Assembly (NCBI GenBank): GCA_964389675.1
Contig: CAYMEV010000003.1
Coordinates: 1 to 64,000, forward strand
Direction of reading: 5' to 3'
DNA length: 64,000 bases
Origin: an uncultured Candidatus Sumerlaeota bacterium
Lineage (GTDB): Bacteria; CAYMEV01
The notes beneath the pieces were generated by a model. That model worked only from the letters and a program-made list of their open reading frames with translations. It made no database searches and had not been told where the DNA came from. The position numbers were made by a program, and so were the translations under genes. Shown here piece after piece: positions 47,762-58,241 of the stretch (positions within the stretch are counted from its first letter, which is position 1; the number at the start of each line of letters is the position of its first letter).

Positions 47762-49291
47762 GTGTCAAAATTTACACCCGAAGCTAAAGTTGGTATCTTA
47801 ACCATAATTACAGTCTTAGCAGGCTTATATTTTTTATCAAATCTTAAGCTGCTTAAAAAGGATAAGGGGGCATATTACCAGGTGAGCGTCTATTTTAACA
47901 ATGTTACAGGCCTCCTGGAAAATGCCGATGTAAGGCTGAACGGTATAAAGATAGGAAGGGTCGCGGATATAAGACTATATGAAGGCAAGGCTGCTGTTAC
48001 TCTGGATATTATCAGCGAAGCCGAGATCAGGAGAAATGATATATTATCACTTTCCACAATGGGTGTAATGGGAGAGAAGTATGTCGATATCATGCCCGGA
48101 GACAGGACAGCCCCCCTTGTGCTTGACAGTTCAACGCCTATGGAGGGGCAGAGTGGCGTAGGGCTGGAAGAATTGGGAGTATCATTTAATGTGCTGGTCA
48201 AATCACTTCAGGGTATTACAGATAACCTGAAGGATGTTACCGCTTCATTCAGTGATGTACTGGGAAATTCAGAAGGAAAACAGATGCTCAGCGATATCCT
48301 TGCAAATACGAGAAATATAACCAATAACCTGTCCAGCCTTACCGGCGGTGATGGAAGTGAACTCCCTGAGATAGTCAGGAATATAAATGAGATAACCGGG
48401 TCCTTAAGCAGGAGCCTGCCTTCATTGCTTCATAATCTTGAGAATGCCACAGGCATTACCTCTGACATCATGGACCAGGATAAACAAAGCATACAGGAGA
48501 TCATCTCCAACCTGGAAAAGATATCTGAGAACCTGGCTGTTGTAAGTCAGAACATTGCCGGTTCTACAAAAAACATAGAGACTATAACTGATACAGTCAG
48601 CAAAGGTGAAGGTTCAGTAGGGAAGCTCCTGATGGAAGATGAGACTATCAATAATGTCAATCAGGCCCTTGTTTCACTTCAGGATATATCAAATGAGCTG
48701 CAGACATACCTTTCAAAAGCATCCTCCATAGAGACATATGTAGGTTATGATGCTGAATACAACCAGAAGGTTGAAAAGTTCAAGAGCTATGTGAATATTA
48801 AAGTAGTGCCTTCTGATGATGTGTTCTACCTTATCCAGCTTGTAAATGACCCTTATGGCCTGGAGACATATACTACCAAGGTTCTAAGCATAGAAAGCCC
48901 GAACGGCAATACCGAGTACACGCATAATGAGAAAAAGATAGAGGATGTACTGCGGTTTTCCCTGCTGTATGGCAGGAGGATAACGGATTTTTTATTTCTC
49001 AAGGCCGGGCTTATTGAATCCTATGGAGGCGTAGGCGCTGATATCTATCTGGTAAAGGATAAGCTTAGCATTGGGGTTGATGCATGGGATTTCTCAAACA
49101 GGGATTTTGATCCGCATTATAAGATTATGCTTGATTACAGGCCAAATGATACTATGTTTTTTAGAGTGGGTTATGATGATATTATAAATAGTGAAAGAAG
49201 GAGCATTGTTTTCGGGGCAGGGCTGAGCTTCTCCGATGAGAATCTTAAATACCTGCTTAATCTCATGTCCCTGGGGTCATTAGCTAATTAG
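47762..49291 (+). CDS. mlaD: Long MCE/MlaD protein with helical stalk and beta-rich C-terminus
   Basis: EAKVG TM anchor; MCE motifs (GL...VRLNGIKIGRV, GVMGEKYVDI); GEGSVGKLL; GTG start with GGAGG RBS. Confidence 0.88.
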   Translation: MSKFTPEAKVGILTIITVLAGLYFLSNLKLLKKDKGAYYQVSVYFNNVTGLLENADVRLNGIKIGRVADIRLYEGKAAVTLDIISEAEIRRNDILSLSTMGVMGEKYVDIMPGDRTAPLVLDSSTPMEGQSGVGLEELGVSFNVLVKSLQGITDNLKDVTASFSDVLGNSEGKQMLSDILANTRNITNNLSSLTGGDGSELPEIVRNINEITGSLSRSLPSLLHNLENATGITSDIMDQDKQSIQEIISNLEKISENLAVVSQNIAGSTKNIETITDTVSKGEGSVGKLLMEDETINNVNQALVSLQDISNELQTYLSKASSIETYVGYDAEYNQKVEKFKSYVNIKVVPSDDVFYLIQLVNDPYGLETYTTKVLSIESPNGNTEYTHNEKKIEDVLRFSLLYGRRITDFLFLKAGLIESYGGVGADIYLVKDKLSIGVDAWDFSNRDFDPHYKIMLDYRPNDTMFFRVGYDDIINSERRSIVFGAGLSFSDENLKYLLNLMSLGSLAN

Positions 49292-49304
49292 AGGAGGGGA
49301 TGAT

Positions 49305-49745
49305 ATGAACAGAGACAGTATTTCTATTATTGATCTTAAGCAGATGAAAAATGAGATAAACAGTATTTTAGACAGCCTGATCAGGAACAAGGAACAGCTT
49401 GTTACGTCGGATGCCCTTTTTTCGCCCAATCTGGATATAATAGAATCAGATGAGAATCTCGTTATACATATTGAGCTTCCGGGGCTAAAGAAGGAGGATA
49501 TTGATGTACACTACTATAGAGGCTATATTGAAATAAAAGGGAGAAAGACCCGTGACAGGCGTATCCCATGTGATATGAAATTCTTAAGGATTGAAAGGAC
49601 ATTCGGGGACTTTTTGGAGATTGTGGAGGTATTGAAAGCCATAAATGCCAAAGCAGCTAAAGCAACCCTCTATAATGGTGTCCTTACAATTACATTGCCC
49701 AAAATAACGGAAAAACGAGGCAAGATCAGGATAAACATTGAATAA
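49305..49745 (+). CDS. Hsp20/alpha-crystallin small heat shock protein
   Basis: PNLDIIE, ELPGL, ERTFGDF, NGVLTITLPK. Confidence 0.92.
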   Translation: MNRDSISIIDLKQMKNEINSILDSLIRNKEQLVTSDALFSPNLDIIESDENLVIHIELPGLKKEDIDVHYYRGYIEIKGRKTRDRRIPCDMKFLRIERTFGDFLEIVEVLKAINAKAAKATLYNGVLTITLPKITEKRGKIRINIE

Positions 49746-49765
49746 TTTAAGAACAGGAGGTAGAG

Positions 49766-52129
49766 ATGGCAGAAGATAAAAAGCTTCAGGAAGATGCAGA
49801 AGAAAAAATTGATATAACAAAAGAAGTCCCAATGGTACCCCTTAGAGGCATAACGCTGTTTCCCAATATGCAGCTTCCCCTTTATATAGGCAGGGACAGC
49901 TCCATAAAGGCTGTTGATGATGCGCTTGCCAGCAACAGGATCATAATGCTTGTTTCTCAGAAGGAGGAAAAGACTGAAGATCCGGGGCAGGATGATATAT
50001 ATGAATTCGGATGCATATCCAAGATAATGAGAATGCTGAAACTTAGTGACGGCAGGATAAGGCTTCTTGTTCAGGGTGAAGCAAGGGCAAAGATAACTGA
50101 GTATGTGCAGGAAAAACCATATTTTAAGGTTAAGATAGAGAAATTTGAGGAAGAATCCAGGGATCTTAAAGATTATGAGATTGTTACGCAGGCCATGTTC
50201 AAGGATGTGAAAGAGAAGTTCGAAAAGATTGCAGAAATGAACAGGTTTATCCTGCCTGATATGATACTTGCAATGAAAAAGATAGACTCAATAGGATATT
50301 ACTGCGACATAGTTTCTTCTCAGCTGAACCTTAAACTTGATGATCAGCAGAAACTCCTTGAAACAATAGATGAAATTAAAAGGCTTAAGCTCATCCATGA
50401 ATTTCTCAATAAGGAGATAGAGCTTCTCTCAGTTCAGCAGAAGATACAGGACAGAGCCAAGGGAGAGATCGATAAGCTTCAGAAGGAGTATTATCTTAAG
50501 CAGCAGATGAAGGCCATAAGAGATGAACTTGGGGAATCAGACAGTAAAAGCTCAGAGATCGCTGAACTTAAAGAGAAGATTAAGAAGCTCGATGCCCCGG
50601 CTAATGTAAAAGAAGAGGCAGAGAATCAGCTCAAAAGGCTGGAAAACATGTATCCTGAATCTGCTGAGGCCGCAACCATAAGGACATATCTCGACTGGCT
50701 TATATTGCTGCCGTGGAGGAAAAGCTCCAGGGAAAAGATCGAGATATCGGCAGCTGAGTCAGTTCTGAATGCTGACCACTATGATCTGAAGGACGTCAAG
50801 GAGAGAATACTCGAATTTTTAAGCGTGACAAAACTGAAAAAAAAGCTCAAAGGGCCTATTTTATGCCTTGTCGGCCCTCCGGGCGTCGGGAAAACATCAT
50901 TAGGGAAATCAATTGCAAGAGCCCTGGGGAGAAAATTCGTCAGGGTATCCCTTGGGGGCATAAGAGATGAAGCCGAGATAAGAGGGCACAGAAGGACTTA
51001 TGTAGGTGCCCTGCCTGGCAGGATAATACAGGAGATCAGAAGAGCGGGAACCAATAATCCGGTATTTATGCTGGACGAGATCGACAAGGTTGGTTCAGAT
51101 TTCAGGGGGGACCCGTCATCCGCTCTGCTTGAAGCTCTGGATCCTGAACAGAATGACCAGTTCTCAGACCATTATGTCGGGCTTCCTTTTGACCTTTCAA
51201 AGGTCATGTTTATTACTACCGCAAATATTCTGGATACAATTCCAAGGCCATTACTTGACAGAATGGAGGTGATAAGGATTGCTGGCTATACAGTAAATGA
51301 TAAGTACCAGATAGCAAAGCAGTATCTTATCCCCAGGGCCATAGAGAATACAGGGCTTAAAAACAAGGATATAAGAATATCAGATAAAGCATTGAGAAAG
51401 GTTATACTTGAATATACAGCAGAAGCAGGGGTCAGAAATCTGGAAAGGGAATTGACAAAGATCTGCAGAAAGATTGCACGGAATATTGCTGAAGGAAGGA
51501 TCAAACTCTATAATATATCAGAGAAGAGCCTCGGAAAGTATTTAGGCCCCCCTGTATATTTAAGGGAGAAGAAGCTTCAGAAGGATGAAATCGGAACAGC
51601 AACAGGGCTTGCCTGGACTGCTCTCGGCGGTGAAGTACTGTTCGTTGAATGCCTTATGATGCCGGGGAAGGGCAAGATAGAAATTACTGGAAATATCGGG
51701 AATGTAATGCAGGAGTCGGCTAAAGCCGCCTTGAGTTTTGCAAAATCCAACCATAAAAACCTTGATATAAGCGCTAAAACATTTGCGGATATAGACCTTC
51801 ATATCCATGTACCTGAGGGAGCAACCCCCAAAGACGGACCTTCAGCCGGTATCACAATAGCTACGGCAATAATATCCTGTCTTAAGGGTGTTGCAGTGAA
51901 TAAGGATATTGCAATGACAGGTGAGATCACTCTCAGCGGTAAGGTCCTTCCCATAGGCGGCCTTAAGGAAAAGGTGCTTGCTGCCAAGCTTTCAGGGATA
52001 AGAAGGGTCATAATCCCCAGCAGGAACGAAAAGGATGTTCCTGAAATACCTGCAGAGATCAGAAAGAATATGACATTCCACTCAGTAAATCATATAAACG
52101 AGGTATTAAAACTGGCTTTGCAGGAATGA
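49766..52129 (+). CDS. lon: ATP-dependent Lon protease
   Basis: GPPGVGKT, LDEIDK, PKDGPSAG catalytic Ser, IGGLKEK. Confidence 0.97.
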   Translation: MAEDKKLQEDAEEKIDITKEVPMVPLRGITLFPNMQLPLYIGRDSSIKAVDDALASNRIIMLVSQKEEKTEDPGQDDIYEFGCISKIMRMLKLSDGRIRLLVQGEARAKITEYVQEKPYFKVKIEKFEEESRDLKDYEIVTQAMFKDVKEKFEKIAEMNRFILPDMILAMKKIDSIGYYCDIVSSQLNLKLDDQQKLLETIDEIKRLKLIHEFLNKEIELLSVQQKIQDRAKGEIDKLQKEYYLKQQMKAIRDELGESDSKSSEIAELKEKIKKLDAPANVKEEAENQLKRLENMYPESAEAATIRTYLDWLILLPWRKSSREKIEISAAESVLNADHYDLKDVKERILEFLSVTKLKKKLKGPILCLVGPPGVGKTSLGKSIARALGRKFVRVSLGGIRDEAEIRGHRRTYVGALPGRIIQEIRRAGTNNPVFMLDEIDKVGSDFRGDPSSALLEALDPEQNDQFSDHYVGLPFDLSKVMFITTANILDTIPRPLLDRMEVIRIAGYTVNDKYQIAKQYLIPRAIENTGLKNKDIRISDKALRKVILEYTAEAGVRNLERELTKICRKIARNIAEGRIKLYNISEKSLGKYLGPPVYLREKKLQKDEIGTATGLAWTALGGEVLFVECLMMPGKGKIEITGNIGNVMQESAKAALSFAKSNHKNLDISAKTFADIDLHIHVPEGATPKDGPSAGITIATAIISCLKGVAVNKDIAMTGEITLSGKVLPIGGLKEKVLAAKLSGIRRVIIPSRNEKDVPEIPAEIRKNMTFHSVNHINEVLKLALQE

Positions 52130-52173
52130 CACCCAGTAAAAAGAGGCTTTTCGGGCAGGGCATATTTTATATA

Positions 52174-53406
52174 TTATTTTGAATAATCAACCTGATAGTA
52201 TTCACATTTAGGGTCTATCCTCAATAAGCCTGTCTCATGCCCAATTTCGAAGACCAGAAATGCAGAAAAGATGATCAATACAAGAATCCCTATAAATAAA
52301 CGCTTCCTGGTCCCTGCCTTCTTTAAGAATATGATAGAGGGCAGTATTCCGAAAAGTATCACATTTCCGATGCCTCCTACAATATTCATGGCTATAAGGA
52401 ATATATCAGGGTATATGAATGCAATCAGTAACGGAGGCAGGAATGTAAGGACAATATTAAGGCTTTTATTGCTTGAACTTAATGTGTTCTCCATGATGTC
52501 CCGGAGAAAATCCTTAAGGCTGATGGCAACTCCTATAAATGATGTTGTTATCGCCAAAAGAGCAAAGAATACAGATGCTGCAGAAAAAAAGCCTGAATTG
52601 ATAATTTCATCAAGCGGTATGGTTGCTGGCAGTCCGTGCCTGTAGGCATAATCAAGGCTATCCCCTTTTGTAAGCGGTATTATGCCGATCCCTGCCCCGA
52701 TCCAGAGTGTATTCAGAATAAAAGCAATAAATACCGAAATAATTGAAGCTGTAATCATCTTCCTCCTGTCCCATTTAAACGATGAGCACATTGACGGGAT
52801 TATGGTATGAAAACAGAAGGCACTGACAACTATAGGAAAGACAGAAGGCAGGAATAAAAAGTCATTATTGCTGGTCAGCCTGCTGAAATCCATATGTTTG
52901 ACCAGCATTGCAATAATTACAATAAATATGGCAAGCATCAGCAGTACAAAAACAGAATTATACCTTGAGATCATTTTTGTTCCGCTTATGCTAAGAGATG
53001 CAAGAAATAGAAAGACAGCCACCAGAGCAATCTTCTGATATGCAGGGGAGAGGCCGAGCATGTTCGATATTATTGAACAGCTTCCTGAGATGTAGGCAAT
53101 AAGCAATCCATAGAGCATTATGAGGTTGGCTGTTATGGCTATCCATTTTCCATTTTTTCCTATATAGACCTCATAAAGGCTTGGATAATTGAATCCAGCC
53201 TGCCTGGTGGCAACTACCTCATCTATTATTACTACGGCTGAAAACAGCATTGCCAGCATTGCAATGATCTGAGCCAGCGAAGCAGGGATAAAACCTGCCA
53301 ACCCTGCGCTTGTCGGCAGTCCAAGGATTCCTGCCCCAAGCATTGTTCCGAGGATCAGAAATGAGACCATCAAAATACTAAATAGATTTTTCATAATATG
53401 CTCCAT
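52174..53406 (-). CDS. Aromatic amino acid permease (HAAAP/TyrP-like)
   Basis: GTMLGAGILGLP, AFCFHTIIPS, AITTSFIG; about 11 TM segments. Confidence 0.88.
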   Translation of the reverse strand: MEHIMKNLFSILMVSFLILGTMLGAGILGLPTSAGLAGFIPASLAQIIAMLAMLFSAVVIIDEVVATRQAGFNYPSLYEVYIGKNGKWIAITANLIMLYGLLIAYISGSCSIISNMLGLSPAYQKIALVAVFLFLASLSISGTKMISRYNSVFVLLMLAIFIVIIAMLVKHMDFSRLTSNNDFLFLPSVFPIVVSAFCFHTIIPSMCSSFKWDRRKMITASIISVFIAFILNTLWIGAGIGIIPLTKGDSLDYAYRHGLPATIPLDEIINSGFFSAASVFFALLAITTSFIGVAISLKDFLRDIMENTLSSSNKSLNIVLTFLPPLLIAFIYPDIFLIAMNIVGGIGNVILFGILPSIIFLKKAGTRKRLFIGILVLIIFSAFLVFEIGHETGLLRIDPKCEYYQVDYSK

Positions 53407-53860
53407 ATTAAAAATATACTATTACTATTATTATGAATATAAAAAATATAAGACTTAAATTACTGCTGTCAATTATATGATAATGCATCCATGGATTCAA
53501 AATATAAAAAAAAATAAAGAACCTTGTGAGCTGTAGCAAAACCCTGATTGCCTGATAAGGTCCAGTATAGCGGACATCATTATAAAACCTTATGTATTAT
53601 GGGGTAAAATATTCTTTGTATTGAAATACAGGCAGGATGTGACATCCGTGTCATTATTTGAATCTGCAGAAAGGCCGCCTGAACATGGTCAGCCAGGTAA
53701 TTCATGGATGGATCAGGGCCTGGTCATTTAATAAAAATGAAGAATTTGCAGTAGATCATATTCTTTTTAGTTGAAAATTATTGCATTATTATTAATATTA
53801 TATGACAGTATATTTTATCACATTTGGATAAAATATTTTATACTAAGAGGTTTTTATATT

Positions 53861-55318
53861 ATGGATATTAGAGAGGGTTTAACCTTTGACGATGTTCTTC
53901 TCGTTCCTCAGCGCTCTTCTGTACTTCCGCGCGAAACCGATGTTTCTACAAGCCTGACCAGGAATATAAGGCTCAATCTCCCTATTTTTGCTGCAGCAAT
54001 GGATACCGTAACTGAAAGCAGGCTGGCCATAGCCATTGCAGAAGAAGGCGGCATCGGCATCATTCACAAGAACATGCCCGCAGAGCATCAGGCAAGGGAG
54101 GTCTCGAGGGTGAAACGCTATGAAAGCGGAATGATAGTGAATCCTATAACATTAAAGCCTGATGATATACTTGAGACAGCTGTACAGGTTATGAGAGAAC
54201 ACTCAATTTCAGGCATCCCCATTATTGAAGAGAATGGCAGGCTGACAGGTATCATAACAAACAGGGACCTGCGTTTTGAGACTGATTTCTCGCAGTCTAT
54301 AAAAGACCTTATGACCCCTGCCGGTGACCTCATAACAGCACCAGAAGGCGTGGAGATGGAAAAGGCAAAGCATCTCCTCCATAAGCATAGAATTGAGAAG
54401 CTTCCGCTGGTGGATGAGAATTTCATATTAAAGGGCCTGATCACTGTCAAGGATATACAGAAGAGGACGGAACATCCTAATTCCTGCAAGGATAAGGAAG
54501 GCAGGCTTAGGGTAGGGGCAGCCCTGGGTGTTTCTGATGACCTGTTTGAAAGAGCAGACCTGCTGTACAGGCACAACTGCGATGTATTTGTACTCGACAG
54601 CGCGCATGGGCATTCAGTCGGGGTTATTGAAGCAATACGCGAGGTAAGGAAGAAATATCCTGATATTGATATTATCGGCGGAAATGTTGCAACACAAAGC
54701 GGATGCAGAGACCTTATCGAAGCAGGCGTCGATGCAGTCAAAGTCGGGATAGGGCCGGGTTCCATCTGTACTACAAGAGTCGTTACAGGAGTGGGCGTCC
54801 CGCAGATTACTGCAATAATGGAATGCAGGAAAGTCTGTGATAAATTTAATATCCCGCTTGTAGCTGACGGAGGTATTAAGTACTCAGGCGATATTACAAA
54901 AGCAATTGTTGCAGGAGCCAACTCTGTAATGATAGGAAGCCTGTTTGCAGGAACGGAAGAGAGCCCCGGAGAGGTAGTGCTCTACAAGGGGAGGTCATAC
55001 AAGGTCTACAGGGGTATGGGAAGCATCGGTGCTATGAAGCAGGGCAGCAGGGACAGGTATTTCCAGGATAATAGCGATTCTAAAAAGCTTGTACCTGAAG
55101 GTATTGAAGGCAGGGTCCCGTACAGAGGCAAGATAAAGGAGCTGATCTACCAGCTTGTCGGAGGGCTGAAGGCAGGTATGGGATATACAGGATGCGTGAC
55201 TATAGAAGAATTAAGAAATAATGCAAGTTTTATAAAAATTACCCCGGCAGGGCTTAGAGAAAGCCATGCCCATGATGTTATAATAACAAAAGAAGCACCT
55301 AATTACTCACTGGATTAG
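53861..55318 (+). CDS. guaB: IMP dehydrogenase
   Basis: [11 protein letters not shown] pair, [21 protein letters not shown]; start at ATG 53861. Confidence 0.97.
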   Translation: MDIREGLTFDDVLLVPQRSSVLPRETDVSTSLTRNIRLNLPIFAAAMDTVTESRLAIAIAEEGGIGIIHKNMPAEHQAREVSRVKRYESGMIVNPITLKPDDILETAVQVMREHSISGIPIIEENGRLTGIITNRDLRFETDFSQSIKDLMTPAGDLITAPEGVEMEKAKHLLHKHRIEKLPLVDENFILKGLITVKDIQKRTEHPNSCKDKEGRLRVGAALGVSDDLFERADLLYRHNCDVFVLDSAHGHSVGVIEAIREVRKKYPDIDIIGGNVATQSGCRDLIEAGVDAVKVGIGPGSICTTRVVTGVGVPQITAIMECRKVCDKFNIPLVADGGIKYSGDITKAIVAGANSVMIGSLFAGTEESPGEVVLYKGRSYKVYRGMGSIGAMKQGSRDRYFQDNSDSKKLVPEGIEGRVPYRGKIKELIYQLVGGLKAGMGYTGCVTIEELRNNASFIKITPAGLRESHAHDVIITKEAPNYSLD

Positions 55319-55328
55319 GAGGAAGAGT

Positions 55329-56366
55329 ATGAATATGAATAGAATTATTATCCTGTCTGCCTTATTTATTTTATTAGTTTCCTGTGTACCGCGGGTATCA
55401 GACCAGCATTACAGTGATGGAGTAGCACTTTTTGATCAGGGCGAATACTACAGAGCAATTGTAGAATTCAGAAAATATCCGCCTAAGCATAAATTATACA
55501 ATGATGCACAGGAATATATAAATCAGTCTGAAGAGCTTCTAAGCCAGATTGTACAGGACCTTTTCAAAGAAGCAGATATTAAGTGGAAGGATGATTACTA
55601 TACAGCAGCAATTGCAAAATATTATCAGATAAAAGCAGTCAATCCTGAAGAACCGGATATTGACAAAATTATTTCAGAAGCGGAAGAAACAGTGGAAAGC
55701 ACTGTTTCAGAACTTCAGGCCAATTTCGAAAAAGCCAGGAATGAAAATGATATATTTGCATGCAAGCAGAATATTGAAAGGATGATAAGGATTTCACCCG
55801 AACACAGCACAACTGTTTCTACAAGGGAAACATACCAGGCACTTAAGGATGTTGTCCTTCAGAAATCATATCTCCTGGTGGAGGATTATCTCAAAACAGG
55901 CAGAAAATCAGACATAGAAAAGGCCTCCCTGCAGGTTGAGTATATGCAGGGTATCGATGAAAGTGACCAGAGAACAATTATTATAAGCAAAAAGCTTGAA
56001 GAATATCTTGATAAAGAGAAACAGAGAGCAGAGAGGACAAGGGAAGTACAAAAGCAGCAGAAGCTTCAGCAGTATATGAGCCAGGGCTCTGAGAAATATG
56101 AGCAGGGATCACTCAAGGAAGCTATTGAGATATGGGAGAAGGCAAGGAGGGAGGGGGTAGCGGATAATACCCTTCTGCAGTGGCTGAATAAAGCAAAAAA
56201 AGAGCTCAGCGACCTTGTTTTCAACTATCTAAAGCAGGGAGAGTTCTACTTTGAAATAGAGGATTACAGCAAGGCCAAGGAGCTTTTTGAAAAAGCCCTG
56301 GAACTGGACCCGAAAAATGCTTCAGCAAAGGATTATCTGGATAAGATCTCAATTATACAACAGTGA
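55329..56366 (+). CDS. TPR-containing lipoprotein
   Basis: Lipobox LVSC; TPR-like helices, e.g. FEKALELDPKN. Confidence 0.8.
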   Translation: MNMNRIIILSALFILLVSCVPRVSDQHYSDGVALFDQGEYYRAIVEFRKYPPKHKLYNDAQEYINQSEELLSQIVQDLFKEADIKWKDDYYTAAIAKYYQIKAVNPEEPDIDKIISEAEETVESTVSELQANFEKARNENDIFACKQNIERMIRISPEHSTTVSTRETYQALKDVVLQKSYLLVEDYLKTGRKSDIEKASLQVEYMQGIDESDQRTIIISKKLEEYLDKEKQRAERTREVQKQQKLQQYMSQGSEKYEQGSLKEAIEIWEKARREGVADNTLLQWLNKAKKELSDLVFNYLKQGEFYFEIEDYSKAKELFEKALELDPKNASAKDYLDKISIIQQ

Positions 56367-56379
56367 GACCTGATATGCT

Positions 56380-58221
56380 TTGAGATCACTGCTTATAGAA
56401 AGTTGGCCTGTTGCCGGATCCTTTGCATTAATAGCCGGCCTTATATTCCATAAAAGCATAAATATCTCGTTCTGTATCCTGTCACTGATACTTATATATA
56501 TCCTGCTTACCCTCATCAAGGGGTTCAAACCATTATGGACAGTATTCCTTACTGTAATTATCCTGCTGTCATTCTGGAGAGGCTATTATTTTTACAAGGC
56601 TGACAGGTTGTTTTCCCCGGGAAGCAATTGCATTATCACGGCAGTGATCGACGGAAATGCATATCAGGATAACTGGGCCACCTATATCCCCGTCAGACTG
56701 ATCAATATTGACGGATATTCAAATCCCCGCTATCTTGGCAAGATTAAGGCAACGGTATGTATTCCTGAAAACAGGGCTTATATACTTGTGGATAAAACCA
56801 TTTCTATTAATGGCATAATAGTATTCAGGGGGGAAGTTGAGATGAGCCCAAACAGAGGCTATCTCTATGATCTGGGATTGAATGTTCAGAAAAGACTGCT
56901 TATCAGGCCTGCCAGAATCTTTCATTATTCAGATTCACAAACCCTTAAACTGCTTCCATCAGTAGAAAGGATATTTTCCCCTCTGCCGGCTGATGCCCGG
57001 TCGCTTATCATTCCTCTTATAACCGGCAAAAGAGATTATATGACCTGCAGGGACAGGCTGCTTATACAGAAATCCGGGCTATTTCACATATTTGTTATTT
57101 CAGGGTTCCATATAGGGCTTTTTGCACTTATTCTTTTCTTTTTTTTCAGAATATTCCTTTCAAGGAGTGCAATAATACCAATTATACTGGTGATATTGTT
57201 CATATACATTTCCGAAATAGGTTTTCCGATCGCTGCACTCAGGGCTTATGTAATGCTTTTTGTCTTTTCTGCTGCATATATGCTTAAAAGGAAGATACCA
57301 GGCTTCTATGGGCTGATATTCTCAATATATATAATAATATTCATTTTTCCGGCTGATCTTCTGTCCCTGAGTTTTATAATGAGCCTTCTGGCTGTCAGCG
57401 GAATAATCCTGGGCCTGCCTGTCGTTAAAAAGATGAAGCTGAGGAGCTATATTGCTGACTATACTGTAAAATCATGGCTAATATCTCTGTTTGCCTTTTT
57501 TTTCATTGCGCCTGTCCTGATCAGTATTTTCGGTTATGTATCATTATGGGGAGTCCTTGTATTTCCATTCGCATCAGTCCTTGTGCTTCTGCTTATGATA
57601 TCCAGCCTCTTTCTTACGGTATTTCAGGCTTCATGGATTGCGCATGTCATCGATTTTATCTCAAAAGCATTCAGGCTTTTCATCAATGAGGATGTTTTAT
57701 CGCTTTTCCTGATAGACAAGCCGCCGGGTTTCTTAACTAATACTTCGATTATTCTCATATATTACTCACTTCTGCTGATGGCATTGTATTTGCTTACTTC
57801 CGAGAAATTTCCACTTGTCATGCTTTTTTGCGTCATTTGCGCTGGTTTGATCTTCAGCCGGCAGGATACATCCCCGATGATCAGGGATACCCTCACTGAG
57901 GGCACTGTCGCATATTTTGAAAGAGGCCTTCTGTATAAGGGAAATCTGAATCAGAATGATGATGCAGCGATTGACAGGATTACCGGGTCAGGGAGTATCA
58001 GCAGGCTTGTTTTAGTAGTACCCGTACATAAGAGGCTGACTTCAAAAATACTGTCATATAAAAGATTCTGCGATGATATTTTTTTATTTATTATTGATAA
58101 AGGAAGACACAAAACGGATTATATCTATACCTATACTGTTCTCAGGAAACTGAAAATACCTTATAAAATTATTGATAATAGTGACAAATGTGTTATTTAT
58201 GATAAGACCTCTGATAAATAA
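56380..58221 (+). CDS. comEC: ComEC/Rec2 competence-domain membrane protein
   Basis: SGLFHIFVISGFHIG, ALRAYVM, SFIMS. Confidence 0.82.
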   Translation: MRSLLIESWPVAGSFALIAGLIFHKSINISFCILSLILIYILLTLIKGFKPLWTVFLTVIILLSFWRGYYFYKADRLFSPGSNCIITAVIDGNAYQDNWATYIPVRLINIDGYSNPRYLGKIKATVCIPENRAYILVDKTISINGIIVFRGEVEMSPNRGYLYDLGLNVQKRLLIRPARIFHYSDSQTLKLLPSVERIFSPLPADARSLIIPLITGKRDYMTCRDRLLIQKSGLFHIFVISGFHIGLFALILFFFFRIFLSRSAIIPIILVILFIYISEIGFPIAALRAYVMLFVFSAAYMLKRKIPGFYGLIFSIYIIIFIFPADLLSLSFIMSLLAVSGIILGLPVVKKMKLRSYIADYTVKSWLISLFAFFFIAPVLISIFGYVSLWGVLVFPFASVLVLLLMISSLFLTVFQASWIAHVIDFISKAFRLFINEDVLSLFLIDKPPGFLTNTSIILIYYSLLLMALYLLTSEKFPLVMLFCVICAGLIFSRQDTSPMIRDTLTEGTVAYFERGLLYKGNLNQNDDAAIDRITGSGSISRLVLVVPVHKRLTSKILSYKRFCDDIFLFIIDKGRHKTDYIYTYTVLRKLKIPYKIIDNSDKCVIYDKTSDK

Positions 58222-58241
58222 AAAAATACCGGAAGTACTGG

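Noticed and set aside
53407-53860. Purine riboswitch upstream of guaB
   Set aside because: The core signature (TTTCTACC...CCGTAAA) is absent.
54118-54921. 267-aa antisense ORF
   Set aside because: Shadow of guaB on the opposite strand with no protein motifs.
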